Shown here in pieces: positions 38,656 through 49,359 of a DNA stretch of 64,000 nucleotides. This stretch comes from Azolla caroliniana (Eukaryota > Plantae > Polypodiophyta). Position numbers and translations under genes: made by a program. Under the pieces are notes generated by a model. That model searched no databases. It saw only the letters and a list, made by a program, of their open reading frames with translations, and had not been told where the DNA came from. Position 1 is the first letter of the stretch. Each line of letters starts with the position of its first letter. The stretch is taken from assembly GCA_043228905.1 (NCBI GenBank), contig JBHGNT010000013.1, positions 12,400,001 to 12,464,000 on the forward strand, given 5' to 3'.

Positions 38656-40885
38656 GCTCGGTTCCCGGTCCGACAACACTTCGTCCTCCCAAAACGTGAT
38701 AGATGTTCAACCATTTTCCCTTTTCTTTTATAGGCCGTCGGGGAGGGCCATCACATCCTGAATACATCATCTTTATTCTTTGTCCCTTCAGATAGAGATA
38801 CACATCAATTTCCTAGCTAATAAATGTGTACTACCTAGTATATTTACATCAGCTGACCTATTCCTAATTATGTACATCTTATCAATACTTGTGCCCGCGC
38901 GTAAGGGCCAGTTCAGGCTCTTATTCATCGATTCCTCCTAAGGCCGGTTTTCTTCACGACATCCACCCCCACAAAACCGTGCATCCACCGGTATGTGCCG
39001 GAGAGGGACAAATATCGGAGAAAACCGGCTCGCGGTCACCCGTCGCTCTCCGAACTGTTGTCCGCTCTGGTCTAGTCGTTGCCGTTGTCCGCGCTTACTA
39101 GGTCCGGTTCGCCTTCATGCCGCTTCTTGAAGTCCTTGATCCTCTTCCTGGCTACCGGCATCCCTATCCATGTCCCGTCGAGCTCTTCAAGATGGTAGGT
39201 GCCGTTGTCATTCGCGCTCGTTACGGCGTAGGGCCTGAACCAGCTCCTTGCGAACTTACACACCACCTTGTGCTGTTTGTCAAGACTGTTGTCGTACACT
39301 AGCACCCAGTCCCCTTCCTTAATCTTCTTTGGTCGTAGCCGGTGTGCTCGGTTGAACCAACCTTTGTTCCTTTCCCTTACCGCATGTAGCTTCACCTTTG
39401 CCCATTCCACGTCCTCCGGTCTTCACTCGAGTTGTCGAATCCACACCGCCAGTAGCTCTTCCCGATTCATCTCGTCTCTCCAGTCCACCACCGCCCACGA
39501 GGAGATCGTTCGCTCTATCGGCATGATCGGCTTTTGTCCATACATCAGCTCTGCCAGTAGGAACCTGGTTATCGAACTATGCGTAGTTCGGTCCGCCCAC
39601 AATGCATAAGGTAGGAACCACGGCCAATTCCCGACATGTCCTTCGCAAGCCCATACTAACGCCTTCCCAATCGGCATGTACCCGCACTCTACCTTCCCGT
39701 TCGCCACCGGATTGTATGCCGTAGTGAGGGAAAGCTTAACCCTTAGCCGGCTGAACAACTCCTCGGCTTCCTGCGTATCCAGCTCCCCCCGGTCAGCCAC
39801 GATCTTCCAATGCACCCGTACCGGCACACCACTTCCTCAATTAGGAACTGGCACACGGCTGCAGACATCTTGTTTGGCAATGCCCGGCCCTCCACTTGGT
39901 TTGTCAAATCTTCTCTTGCTAGCACCAGGTACTGCATCTGCCCTACCCCCATCGGCATCGTCACCAAGTCCACCATCCACTTGAAGTGGACGGTCGGCGG
40001 GTAAGTCAGGTGCAGCTCGTCCCGATGCTGGACTACAGAATGCATCTGGTAGCTCTCACAAGTCGTCACGAACTGATGAATGTCCTAGTACAATCCTGGC
40101 CACCAATACTTCTCCTTCAACTTTTCGAACGTGGCCCACGTCCCGCGATCTCCGGCCCAAGGACTATCGTGATACGTTGTTAGCAACACCCCCTGCTCTT
40201 CCTTCTTCGCCACTACTTGGAGTGGGAGGCCGCCTCGCTTCTTCGGCTGTTTCCATATGCTTCCTTCCTGAAGGATGAACCGGTACGCTTTTTTCCGAAT
40301 CCGGTTAGCCTCTTCTCTCGTCCACGCAGCGTATGGCGTCATCGTCTTTAGGAACCCGCCGATCTGGAGCCACTCCCCATCGTACTTGCCCTCGTCAAAC
40401 TCATTAAGCGCCAGAGTGCTCCCTTCCCTCGTCATCACGTAAGCCGACTTGAAGAAGTCCACGCCGACTTCCTCGTCCTCTGAATCCATGGCGTCTTCAT
40501 CGTCAAACCACACTCTCAAAAGCATGTCGACCATGGCGTTGTCCTTCCTGGAGATGTGCCGTATCTCCGAATTCAGGGACTTAATGTACGCGATCCACCT
40601 GAGCATCGCCAGGTCCGGCGTCGCGCATCCAGAAACCATACCGAGGATCGGTAGGCAGTCCGTCACGATTATCACCTCCGTCCCGATCAAGTAGTCTTTG
40701 TCGGCCTTGACCGCCGAAATGATACCCCAGAGTTCGCGTTTAACCTGGGCGTTGTCAGGAACTCTATTAAGGCAGAGAAGGAATTAGTACTAAAAGAAGG
40801 ATTAGTACTATTGTCGGGGAATAGTACTAAGACAGAGAAGGATTAGTACTATGAGAGGTGTCGAACTTTGAGAGAAGGAATGGGT

Positions 40886-40937
<52 letters not shown>

Positions 40938-41223
40938 ATGATGATGCGAAAGGTATATGTATTATATGAAGGAAGATATACAACAGTAGTTAGAAGGCTT
41001 AAGACTGGCGTTGAACCGATTTGGTTCGAACTAATGCCTTGCGCCTCCTTTTATAGTGTCTTCAGGAATACTCCTGAAGTTTCTAGAATGTTCCAGAGAA
41101 ATCTGGAATATACATCAATTTCCCAATAAAACCTAAGTGAAAATAATATCCTTCAAATTACAATTCATAACCTAATGGTAAAGTCTCGACCCGTGTAACA
41201 AAAGGTTATGGGTTCGAGTCTAG

Positions 41224-44200
41224 TTATGACACTATCCCCCCTTTAAAACGACGAGTTCCACGAGTCGTTTTGGATTGAGGACCCGGTTTCTCGGGATATC
41301 GTCGATGGAAGTCTTCTAGAAGAGCACGAGCATTGGTCACATTCTCGATCGGTTCCCAAGTACGCTCGCTGGGACTATATCCTAGCCAATCGACTAGATA
41401 GTAGAGCTTGTTGCGAACAATCTTGGAATCGAGGATGGCAGCGACCTCATACTCAGGTCCATCTTCGAGCTCGATAGGAGGTGGTGGTTGTATAGTACGT
41501 CCTGGGATAGTGCTCTCGTGATAGGGTTCGAGGAGAGAACTATGAAACACCGGATGTATCCGAAGTTGCGGAGGTAGCTCGAGACGAAAAGCGACATCAT
41601 TAATCTTCCCGATAATACGGAAAGGACCTAATCGCCGATAATCCAACTTCTCACATGGGCGAGTAGTCTTGATGTGTCGTCGTAGCAGCCACACCCGATC
41701 TCCAATGTTAAAACTGGATGGAAGTCGATGACGATCTGCGTAGTCCTTGTGTGATTGTTGAGCTTGCTGGAGTTGAGTAGATAAATCCGCTTGTATCTTG
41801 CGTAACCGCTCCAAACGATCCTCCGCGCAAGGATTTGTGGACACTTCTGGGGTTTCAAGGACACACCACCGGGGATGATATCCTGTATAAGCGTAGAATG
41901 GCGTGACTTTAGTCGATGCGTGGATAGCGTTATTATAGGCAAATTCGGCGAACTGAAGAATATCTGCCCAGTCATTCTGATGATAGTTGAGAAAGCACCG
42001 CAGATACTGCTCCAGTGTTTGATTTGTTCGTTCAGCTTGACCGTCGGTTTGTGGGTGGTAGCCGGAGGAGAGGTGACAAGTGACCTTCAGCATTTTAAAA
42101 AGGTGCTTCCAGAATTTTGACACAAACTGGGGTCCACGATCGCTGATGATATTATCAGGGAGTCCATGATGCCGACATACTTCCCGCATGACAATTTCGG
42201 CGGTGTCTTCACTAGATATTTCTTTAGTACATGGTAAGAAATGAGCCATCTTTGTATATCGATCCACCACTGTGAGAATCGCACTGAATCCCTTAGAGAC
42301 TGGAAGATCTGTAATGAAGTCAAGAGCAATGGATTGCCATGGCTTGCTTGGAATTGGTAATGGTTCTAATAAACCATATGGATGATGTCTTGGCATTTTC
42401 GCTCTGCAGCATGTATCGCAAGTCCGAACAAAATCTTCGACAAATTGTCGCATACGGGGCCACCAGAATGATCGTTGTACTAAATCTAATGTTTTAGTAC
42501 TACCAAAATGTCCTGCTGTATATGTGTCATGGCAGTTTTGTACTACTCGAAGGCGGCAAGAACCATTAGGAACATACAAAAGTTCTTTAAAGAAGAGTAA
42601 TCCATCACAGTATTTGAATTGCCGATAATCCGTACCTGGTGATTGTGATTGTGAACATGACGCTCGAGAGGGGTCAATTTGTGCTAGTATAGCTTGGGCG
42701 AAAGCGTCAGTCTTCAAGTCCTCACGTATAGTATTGGTAATGTCGGAATCCACGGGCATGTCAAAGACCTGTGCTGCTTGCAGTCGTGCTGGACCCAAGA
42801 TTACTTGCTTCTGGTTATCGAAAGCTGGCTCACCGGGACGTGGTGTTAGATACGAACGCCGTGATAATGCATCTGCCTTCCCTTGGTGCTTCCCCGGACG
42901 ATATGTAATTTTGAAGTCGAAGCGTGTGAGGAAGTGGGCCCACCGAGCTTGACGTCGATTCAGTACACGAGCATCTTGAAAGTAGGCAAGGTTCTTGTGG
43001 TCACTGAATACAGTGACCTGATGAGGAGATCCCTCCAGGAAATGCCTCCATTGCATAAAAGAATCAACTATTGCTAATAGCTCTTTATCATGAATTTCGT
43101 AATTGATTTCGGCGGCGTTAAACTTACGGGAGTGGAAAGCCACAGGATGTAGCTTCTCGTCGTTACCCTGTTGTGACAGAATGCTCCCCAATGCGAAATC
43201 CGATGCGTCAGCTTCGATAATGAATGGTTTTTCCGGATCCACATGACCTAAAATTGGAGCTGATGTAAACGCCTTCTTAAGACTCTCGAAAGCCATGTCC
43301 GTCTCTTTAGACCAAATGAATGATTGTCCCTTCCTGGTGAGCTGTGTGAGAGGCAGCACAATTTTTGAGTAATTTTGTATGAACTTCCGGTAAAAATTTG
43401 CAAAGCCTAGGAAGCATTGCACATCCCGCACCGAACGCGGAGTATGCCATTCTATCACCGTTTTGACCTTGGCTGGGTCGATAGATATGCCTTCTGAGGA
43501 GATGACATAGCCGAGAAACTCCACTTGGTTGCACCCGAAACTACATTTCTCTAACTTTGCATACAGACCATGTTCTCGAAGTCGTTTTAGTACTAATAGT
43601 ACATGAGAATCATGTTCTTCTTGGGTCTTTGAATAAACCAGTAGATCATCCAAATAGATGATCAAAAAATCATCCAAGAGATCTCGAAATATATCATTCG
43701 CCATGTGCTGGAAGACTGCTGGCGCATTAGTGAGTCCGAACGGCATGACCGTATACTCGAAGTGCCCATATCTGGTGCGAAACGCGGTCTTCCATTCATC
43801 TCCTGGTCGGATCCGTACGAGGTTATAGGCTCCTCGTAAGTCGATCTTCGTGAAGAACCTGGCACCGTTGATCCGTTCTAAAAGACTTGAGATAAGGGGA
43901 AGAGCATACCTATTTCTTACTGTGACCTTATTCAAGCCACGGTAATCTACAACGAGTCGAAGCGAGCCATCTTTTTTCTTGACGAAGAAAATGGGTGCGC
44001 CGGCTGGAGATTTCGAATGCCGAATGAAACCGTTCTCCAAATTCTCCTCTATATAGGCTCGAAGGACTTCTAGCTCGGTTGGTGACAAATTGTAGATCGG
44101 CCCCCATGGCGGCTCTTTTCCTGGTTGTAAGTCGATGGCGCAATCGTACGGCCGATGATGAGGAAGTGTGTTGGCTTGTACTTTATCGAACACATCAGCA

Positions 44201-44820
44201 TACTGACGATACTTCTCGGGAAGTTGAACGGTGGACTCCTCTTTGGTGGTACTGGAGGGTTGTACTGATATTGCGAAGAGAAACATTTCCTCCTTGCGCC
44301 CTTCCTCACGCAACTGACGTAGCGAAATGGTTGCAACCTTCTGGGTAGATCCTTGGGTTTGTCGCAACCGGATTTCCCTTGTCCTCCAATCTATGTCTGG
44401 GTTATGTAACTCGAACCATGGTAATCCTAAAACTATGGGATGTTCTGGAATACTAATAATATTAAATGATACTACACATGTTAAGTTATCTAGGACAATA
44501 TTAACGGGTTCCGACTCTTCTATGATATTACCAGAAGCAATGGGACGACCATCAATGACTACTACTGAGGCTGGACATGGGAGCTTTCTGAGAGATATCT
44601 GATGAGCTCGGGCAAAATTCCTATCCATGAAGCAAGAATTAGCTCCGGAATCTAGAAGGGCTACGGTATGTACTGGAGGGGTACTTTTAGTACTAACTGC
44701 TACTTGGGCTACGAACACATCACTAACTTGCTTAGAGGGAATGGAACCACTAATGGGCTGCACAGATCTAGGGCTGTCCAACCAAACGGCTCCTATTTTG
44801 GCTGGACTTAGTCGTTTAAC
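41224..44820 (-). CDS. pol: Pol (PR-RT-RH-INT-chromodomain), in the -1 frame relative to gag
   Basis: LLDSGAN; YLDD; IEADASDFALG; HDTYTAGH...CDTC; SDRGPQF; GPF module; chromodomain YEVAAILDSK...YLVDWLGYSPSERTWEP. Confidence 0.97.
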   Translation of the reverse strand, partial: VKRLSPAKIGAVWLDSPRSVQPISGSIPSKQVSDVFVAQVAVSTKSTPPVHTVALLDSGANSCFMDRNFARAHQISLRKLPCPASVVVIDGRPIASGNIIEESEPVNIVLDNLTCVVSFNIISIPEHPIVLGLPWFELHNPDIDWRTREIRLRQTQGSTQKVATISLRQLREEGRKEEMFLFAISVQPSSTTKEESTVQLPEKYRQYADVFDKVQANTLPHHRPYDCAIDLQPGKEPPWGPIYNLSPTELEVLRAYIEENLENGFIRHSKSPAGAPIFFVKKKDGSLRLVVDYRGLNKVTVRNRYALPLISSLLERINGARFFTKIDLRGAYNLVRIRPGDEWKTAFRTRYGHFEYTVMPFGLTNAPAVFQHMANDIFRDLLDDFLIIYLDDLLVYSKTQEEHDSHVLLVLKRLREHGLYAKLEKCSFGCNQVEFLGYVISSEGISIDPAKVKTVIEWHTPRSVRDVQCFLGFANFYRKFIQNYSKIVLPLTQLTRKGQSFIWSKETDMAFESLKKAFTSAPILGHVDPEKPFIIEADASDFALGSILSQQGNDEKLHPVAFHSRKFNAAEINYEIHDKELLAIVDSFMQWRHFLEGSPHQVTVFSDHKNLAYFQDARVLNRRQARWAHFLTRFDFKITYRPGKHQGKADALSRRSYLTPRPGEPAFDNQKQVILGPARLQAAQVFDMPVDSDITNTIREDLKTDAFAQAILAQIDPSRASCSQSQSPGTDYRQFKYCDGLLFFKELLYVPNGSCRLRVVQNCHDTYTAGHFGSTKTLDLVQRSFWWPRMRQFVEDFVRTCDTCCRAKMPRHHPYGLLEPLPIPSKPWQSIALDFITDLPVSKGFSAILTVVDRYTKMAHFLPCTKEISSEDTAEIVMREVCRHHGLPDNIISDRGPQFVSKFWKHLFKMLKVTCHLSSGYHPQTDGQAERTNQTLEQYLRCFLNYHQNDWADILQFAEFAYNNAIHASTKVTPFYAYTGYHPRWCVLETPEVSTNPCAEDRLERLRKIQADLSTQLQQAQQSHKDYADRHRLPSSFNIGDRVWLLRRHIKTTRPCEKLDYRRLGPFRIIGKINDVAFRLELPPQLRIHPVFHSSLLEPYHESTIPGRTIQPPPPIELEDGPEYEVAAILDSKIVRNKLYYLVDWLGYSPSERTWEPIENVTNARALLEDFHRRYPEKPGPQSKTTRGTRRFKGGIVS

Positions 44821-45977
44821 TCTTCTTCTAATTGGCTAAGGACATCAAATTTGTTTGCGAGATTCGGACTATTAGTACTATTAGGACTATTATGACTATG
44901 AGGACTATCAGAGATTCCTACTGAAATAGACTCGGGTTTAGTATAGTCAGAACTAACAACGACTTGGTTTACCTGCCTTCTTGGTCTATGGGGACAGTTT
45001 ATCGCGATATGCCCTGGTCCACCGCAATAAAGGCATAATCGGTTTGTTCGGCGTCGTTGCTTTTCCTCCTCCGATAGCGGCCCACGACGACGTGTAGTGT
45101 CAATTTCCATTGGAGTTGGAGTACTTACTGGAGGCGCATTATGTGACTCCCTTTGAAAAGGTTTTGCTACCACTGAGGCATAGGTAGGCTCGGATTTTGC
45201 CCTCGGCATCTGAAATTGCCGTTCCGAACGTCGCTCGAAGAGGCAGTTGTCACATCTGACCGCTCGACTGATTGCTTCTGTTAATGATTTTGGCTCTTCA
45301 GGGAAAGTCAAGAGTAAATCCTTGACATCGTTGCGTAGACCATAGCGGAACTGCTCCATCAATGCTTGATCATCCCAGGGGATATCGGCGGCGAGTAGGC
45401 GGAAATCTGCAGCATATGCGGAGGCTGGACGGTCACCTTGGCGTAATCGCCGGATTTTGTTGATTGCAGTCCTTATGCTGTCAGTATCTCCAAAACATGC
45501 TTTAAACTCACTTATGAATTCTTCAAAATTATTTAGTACTGGAGATTCCTTTTCTAGTAGCGGAGCGAACCATGCTAATGCTGAGCCATTTAACAACGTG
45601 CCTACTAAACCCACTCGTGATGCATCGGTGGGATATCGGGACGGATGCATTTGAATAACTAACCGTACCTGGTTAAGAAACCCTCTAAACTGCGATCGCG
45701 TTCCATCGAACTTCGTGGGAAGGCCAATCTTGGGTTCTTTATGAATCCCTTGTGCTCCGTGCCCTTGTTGTTGCATTGCTACGATGGTTGCTTCGAGTTG
45801 TTGCACGCGTAACGCAAGTTCCCCATGCTGTTGTTGCGTTTGCTGCTTTTCTAAGGAAATTTGCTGAAGATCCCCCAACAAGCGTTGATTTTCTTGTTCC
45901 AAAGCATGAAACTTCTCTTTCAAGCATTGAAATTCCGAGAAAACGGATTGATACTCTTCAGCGCTAACGGTGGCCAT
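44808..45977 (-). CDS. gag: Gag (coiled coil, PEG10/sushi-like capsid, CCHC knuckle)
   Basis: 389-aa ORF: LPTKFDGTRSQFRGFLNQ...LNGSALAWF, LRQGDRPASAYAADF, PMEID, CLYCGGPGHIAINC. Confidence 0.96.
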   Translation of the reverse strand: MATVSAEEYQSVFSEFQCLKEKFHALEQENQRLLGDLQQISLEKQQTQQQHGELALRVQQLEATIVAMQQQGHGAQGIHKEPKIGLPTKFDGTRSQFRGFLNQVRLVIQMHPSRYPTDASRVGLVGTLLNGSALAWFAPLLEKESPVLNNFEEFISEFKACFGDTDSIRTAINKIRRLRQGDRPASAYAADFRLLAADIPWDDQALMEQFRYGLRNDVKDLLLTFPEEPKSLTEAISRAVRCDNCLFERRSERQFQMPRAKSEPTYASVVAKPFQRESHNAPPVSTPTPMEIDTTRRRGPLSEEEKQRRRTNRLCLYCGGPGHIAINCPHRPRRQVNQVVVSSDYTKPESISVGISDSPHSHNSPNSTNSPNLANKFDVLSQLEEELND

Positions 45978-46211
45978 GGGATGAAGGAAAAGGGAAATAA
46001 GAGACTAATAGGAAAGGAGGGAGACAGAAGGAAGAGGGAGAGAAAAGACCAGACAGGCACCGGGAAATCGGTTCAAACTGTCAGGAACTCTATTAAGGCA
46101 GAGAAGGAATTAGTACTAAAAGAAGGATTAGTACTATTGTCGGGGAATAGTACTAAGACAGAGAAGGATTAGTACTATGAGAGGTGTCGAACTTTGAGAG
46201 AAGGAATGGGT

Positions 46212-46257
<46 letters not shown>

Positions 46258-48137
46258 ATGATGATGCGAAAGGTATATGTATTATATGAAGGAAGATATA
46301 CAACAGTAGTTAGAAGGCTTAAGACTGGCGTTGAACCGATTTGGTTCGAACTAATGCCTTGCGCCTCCTTTTATAGTGTCTTCAGGAATACTCCTGAAGT
46401 TTCTAGAATGTTCCAGAGAAATCTGGAATATACATCAATTTCCCAATAAAACCTAAGTGAAAATAATATCCTTCAAATTACAATTCATAACCTAATGGTA
46501 AAGTCTCGACCCGTGTAACAAAAGGTTATGGGTTCGAGTCTAGTTATGACAGGCGTATCCTTGCTATCACTCGCTAAGTACTTTCACCCCGAACCGGATG
46601 GCGAACCTCGTGTTGTTCTCGTCCTCCTGGTTGATCACCCATCCTATCCCAATCAGACTTGTGTCTACGGTCACGTAAATCGGGACCTCCTTACCGTAAA
46701 GTGCTTTGAAGAGTGTCGGTGATGCGGTAAGCTCTTCTTTCAGTCTCCGGACCACCTCCATATGTTTCCCGCTCCACTCGAACTTGCACCCTGTCTTTAG
46801 CAACCCATACAGTGGCTCCGCGACGTGTGTGTAGTGCGGAATCCAGATGTGGTAGAACGCGCACGCGCCCAAGAACCTCCGGACTTCCATAACCAACTTG
46901 CAGTCTTCCTTCATTGTGGAGATGGCTTCTACCTTTGCCCGGGATGGTTTTTGGCCATAAGGTCCGCACAGGTGACCGACGACCATGATCTCTAACTGCC
47001 CGAAAGCCGATTTCTCTCCGGAGAAGGTGAGTCGTGCGCTCTCGAGTCTCTGTAGCACCCTCTCGCAGTCGTCGATGTGGTCCGCCACGAATCTCTGACA
47101 ACCGTCTGACCCAACCGATTCGTCCTCATCTTCCACCAGGCATCCTTTTATCAGGATGTCGTCCAAGAATGGCATGGTGATTTTTGGAATGCACTCCTTC
47201 AGCACTTTGTTCATCGCATTCACCGTGTGCGCCACCGAGTTGGTCCCTCCTTGTGGTAGGGTACACATCCACACTAGGCCGAGAGGAGTCCGCATCCTCC
47301 ACGGCTAGTTGGAACTGATTGTACCCCGAGTACAGGTCACTGACTGAATAGATCGACCTTCTGACGAAGGCCTTCACGAACTCGTCAATGGTCGGTCCGA
47401 TTCCTGTGTTCTGAATGGTCACTTTAATGACTGGTTCCAGGTCTTGAATGAAGTGCAGCGTGTTGTTCTTCTTCGACACGGTAAACCACCGATTTGAATA
47501 TGGGGCACTCGACGGCTCTAGGATGCCCATCTCCACCTTCTACTTCAATAGCTCCATCAACTTCGGGATGTGAGCTCTTGGTGCCGGAATTGGCTTGAGA
47601 TTCCACGACACATGCGGTACTATGAAAATCACCATTGGTTCCACGATCGTTGAGTCTACGCACCCGATCTCCTCTGGTGAGAATGTGAAGGCCTTCCCGT
47701 GCCTTCTGAGCATTCTCCAAAACCGCTCCTCCTCCGCTGATAGTAGGAAGCCACCCCCACCAACCTTGAGCTCCCGTAGCGTTGTGTTGATGAACCGGTG
47801 TTCTATGTCGGCCGGATTCTGCAAACTTGGGTCCGACGCGACCCCTTTCATTCGTTCCTCATTGCCCTCTGGTAAGGGTGCCGCAATTGGCCTCACCTTC
47901 TAGTCGACAGTCTTGTACCTCGTATCCATGCGGGCCGTTCGATCCAACTTGACCCTTTCCCCGAAGTCGGCAATGACTTCGTACATCTCCACCGAGTTAA
48001 CTGAAATCACTCGGTCTTCACTGATGCCTTCTTCGATCACCTTTCCCATTTCCCCCAGGGTGTCATCGAAAGAGACCACCTCCACGGCGCTGCTAATTTC
48101 TTCGTCGGGACTGAGGGCTCCGCACTCTCTAAACCGT

Positions 48138-48928
48138 TGTGGTGAAGATTTTCGGCAATAGTGTGAAACTTGTGAGGAATATACGAAATCGAGTGTGGTT
48201 CTTCTCATGAAATATAAAACAATAATAGTGAAGATACTATTTAAATAAGTTTAATATCTTGGTACAAACAGATAGAGGTCTTGAAGAGCTTTTGAATGCA
48301 CTTTACTAGGTAGGAAACTGACATCTAAGTGTCAAGTTATGTGGTTATGAAGTTTGCAAAGAAGAAGAGAAAAATAAAACAATGTGATATCCCACATAGA
48401 CAGGACAAATAAGGATCCCACCATATATAAGGGAGAGCAAAAGCTATTATCTTTTTGTCTATGTGTGGAGCATAGAAAGGTTAAGTTGTATGACTTAACA
48501 AATAGATGTGGGATACTATTTAAATAAGTTTAATATCTTGGTACAAACAGATAGAGGTCTTGAAGAGCTTTTGAATGCACTTTACTAGGTAGGAAACTGA
48601 CATCTAAGTGTCAAGTTATGTGGGTATGAAGTTTGCAAAGAAGAAGAGAAAAAAAACGATGTTGTATCCCACATAGACAGGACAAATAAGGATCCCACAT
48701 ATATAAGGGAAAGCAAAAGCTATTATCTTTGTGTCTATGTGTGGAGCATAGAAAGGTTAAGTTGTATGACTTAACAAATGGATGTAGCCAAATGCACATA
48801 ACTATGTGTTTTGGACGGATCCGGCGACTGACGGTAACCAACAGTAACTGACGACGGCGACCGACGGAGCAGGCGAGACAATGACCGGATAGAGAAACAC
48901 CTTGTAATATATACATATACATATACAT

Positions 48929-48961
<33 letters not shown>

Positions 48962-49359
48962 AAAGGAGTGCAAGTGAAGATTTGATCCCTGCACCTCCAA
49001 GTTGAGAGTCTATAGGCTTACCATTAAGCCAAAATCAATTCTTTAAGAGTTATATTTTTATCAGCAATTTTACATGTAAATTCTCATGTGTGAGAGCTTA
49101 GATGATGACATGGCAAGCATACATTGTGTGCATTGCATGCATTTCATGTATTCCATGCATGTCTTGCACCCTCACATGCACCATATGCATGGGGGCATCT
49201 ATAAAAAAGTGAAGGAATCAAGCAAAGTCAAGCGTTCTATCTTATCTCAAGCTCTCTCTCTCTTTCAATATATCTTAAATACTTTCTCGCTAAAGCTTGT
49301 GCAAACTTTGAATCCTTCCGTTCTAGAACCCCGGCGGTTCCGCCTCACGATCCGCACGT
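48138..49359 (+). mobile_element. Trp-family LTR (5' part) with an internal 279-bp tandem duplication and a (TA)/(CATA) microsatellite
   Basis: TGTGGTGAAGATTTTCGG start; 48233-48511 repeated from 48512; TATAAAA at about 49200; interrupted at 49360. Confidence 0.75.

Larger units (their letters stand above)
40753..46551 (-). mobile_element. Intact, very young chromovirus (Tcn1/Tf1-sushi-like Ty3/gypsy)
   Basis: LTRs 46079-46551 (5') and 40753-41231 (3') appear identical except (AG)17 versus (AG)20. TSD GGCGT. PPT AAAGGGGGGATAG at 41232-41244. Open gag and pol. Confidence 0.98.
37282..48137 (-). mobile_element. pol: Degenerate autonomous-type Trp-family gypsy (3' LTR 37282-38961; INT/RH 39072-40752; RH/RT 46552-48137), split by the chromovirus
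   Basis: PPT at 38962-38973; IVADRGELD...YNPVANGKVE integrase; LPQGGTNSV...PFLDD RT; VTVDTS RNase H. Frame rejoins across the GGCGT TSD. Confidence 0.88.

Noticed and set aside
40884-41129. ORFs with ERERER, and similar small ORFs in LTRs (9583, 12107, 46210, 48611)
   Set aside because: Translations of microsatellites or LTR sequence, duplicated only because the LTRs are.
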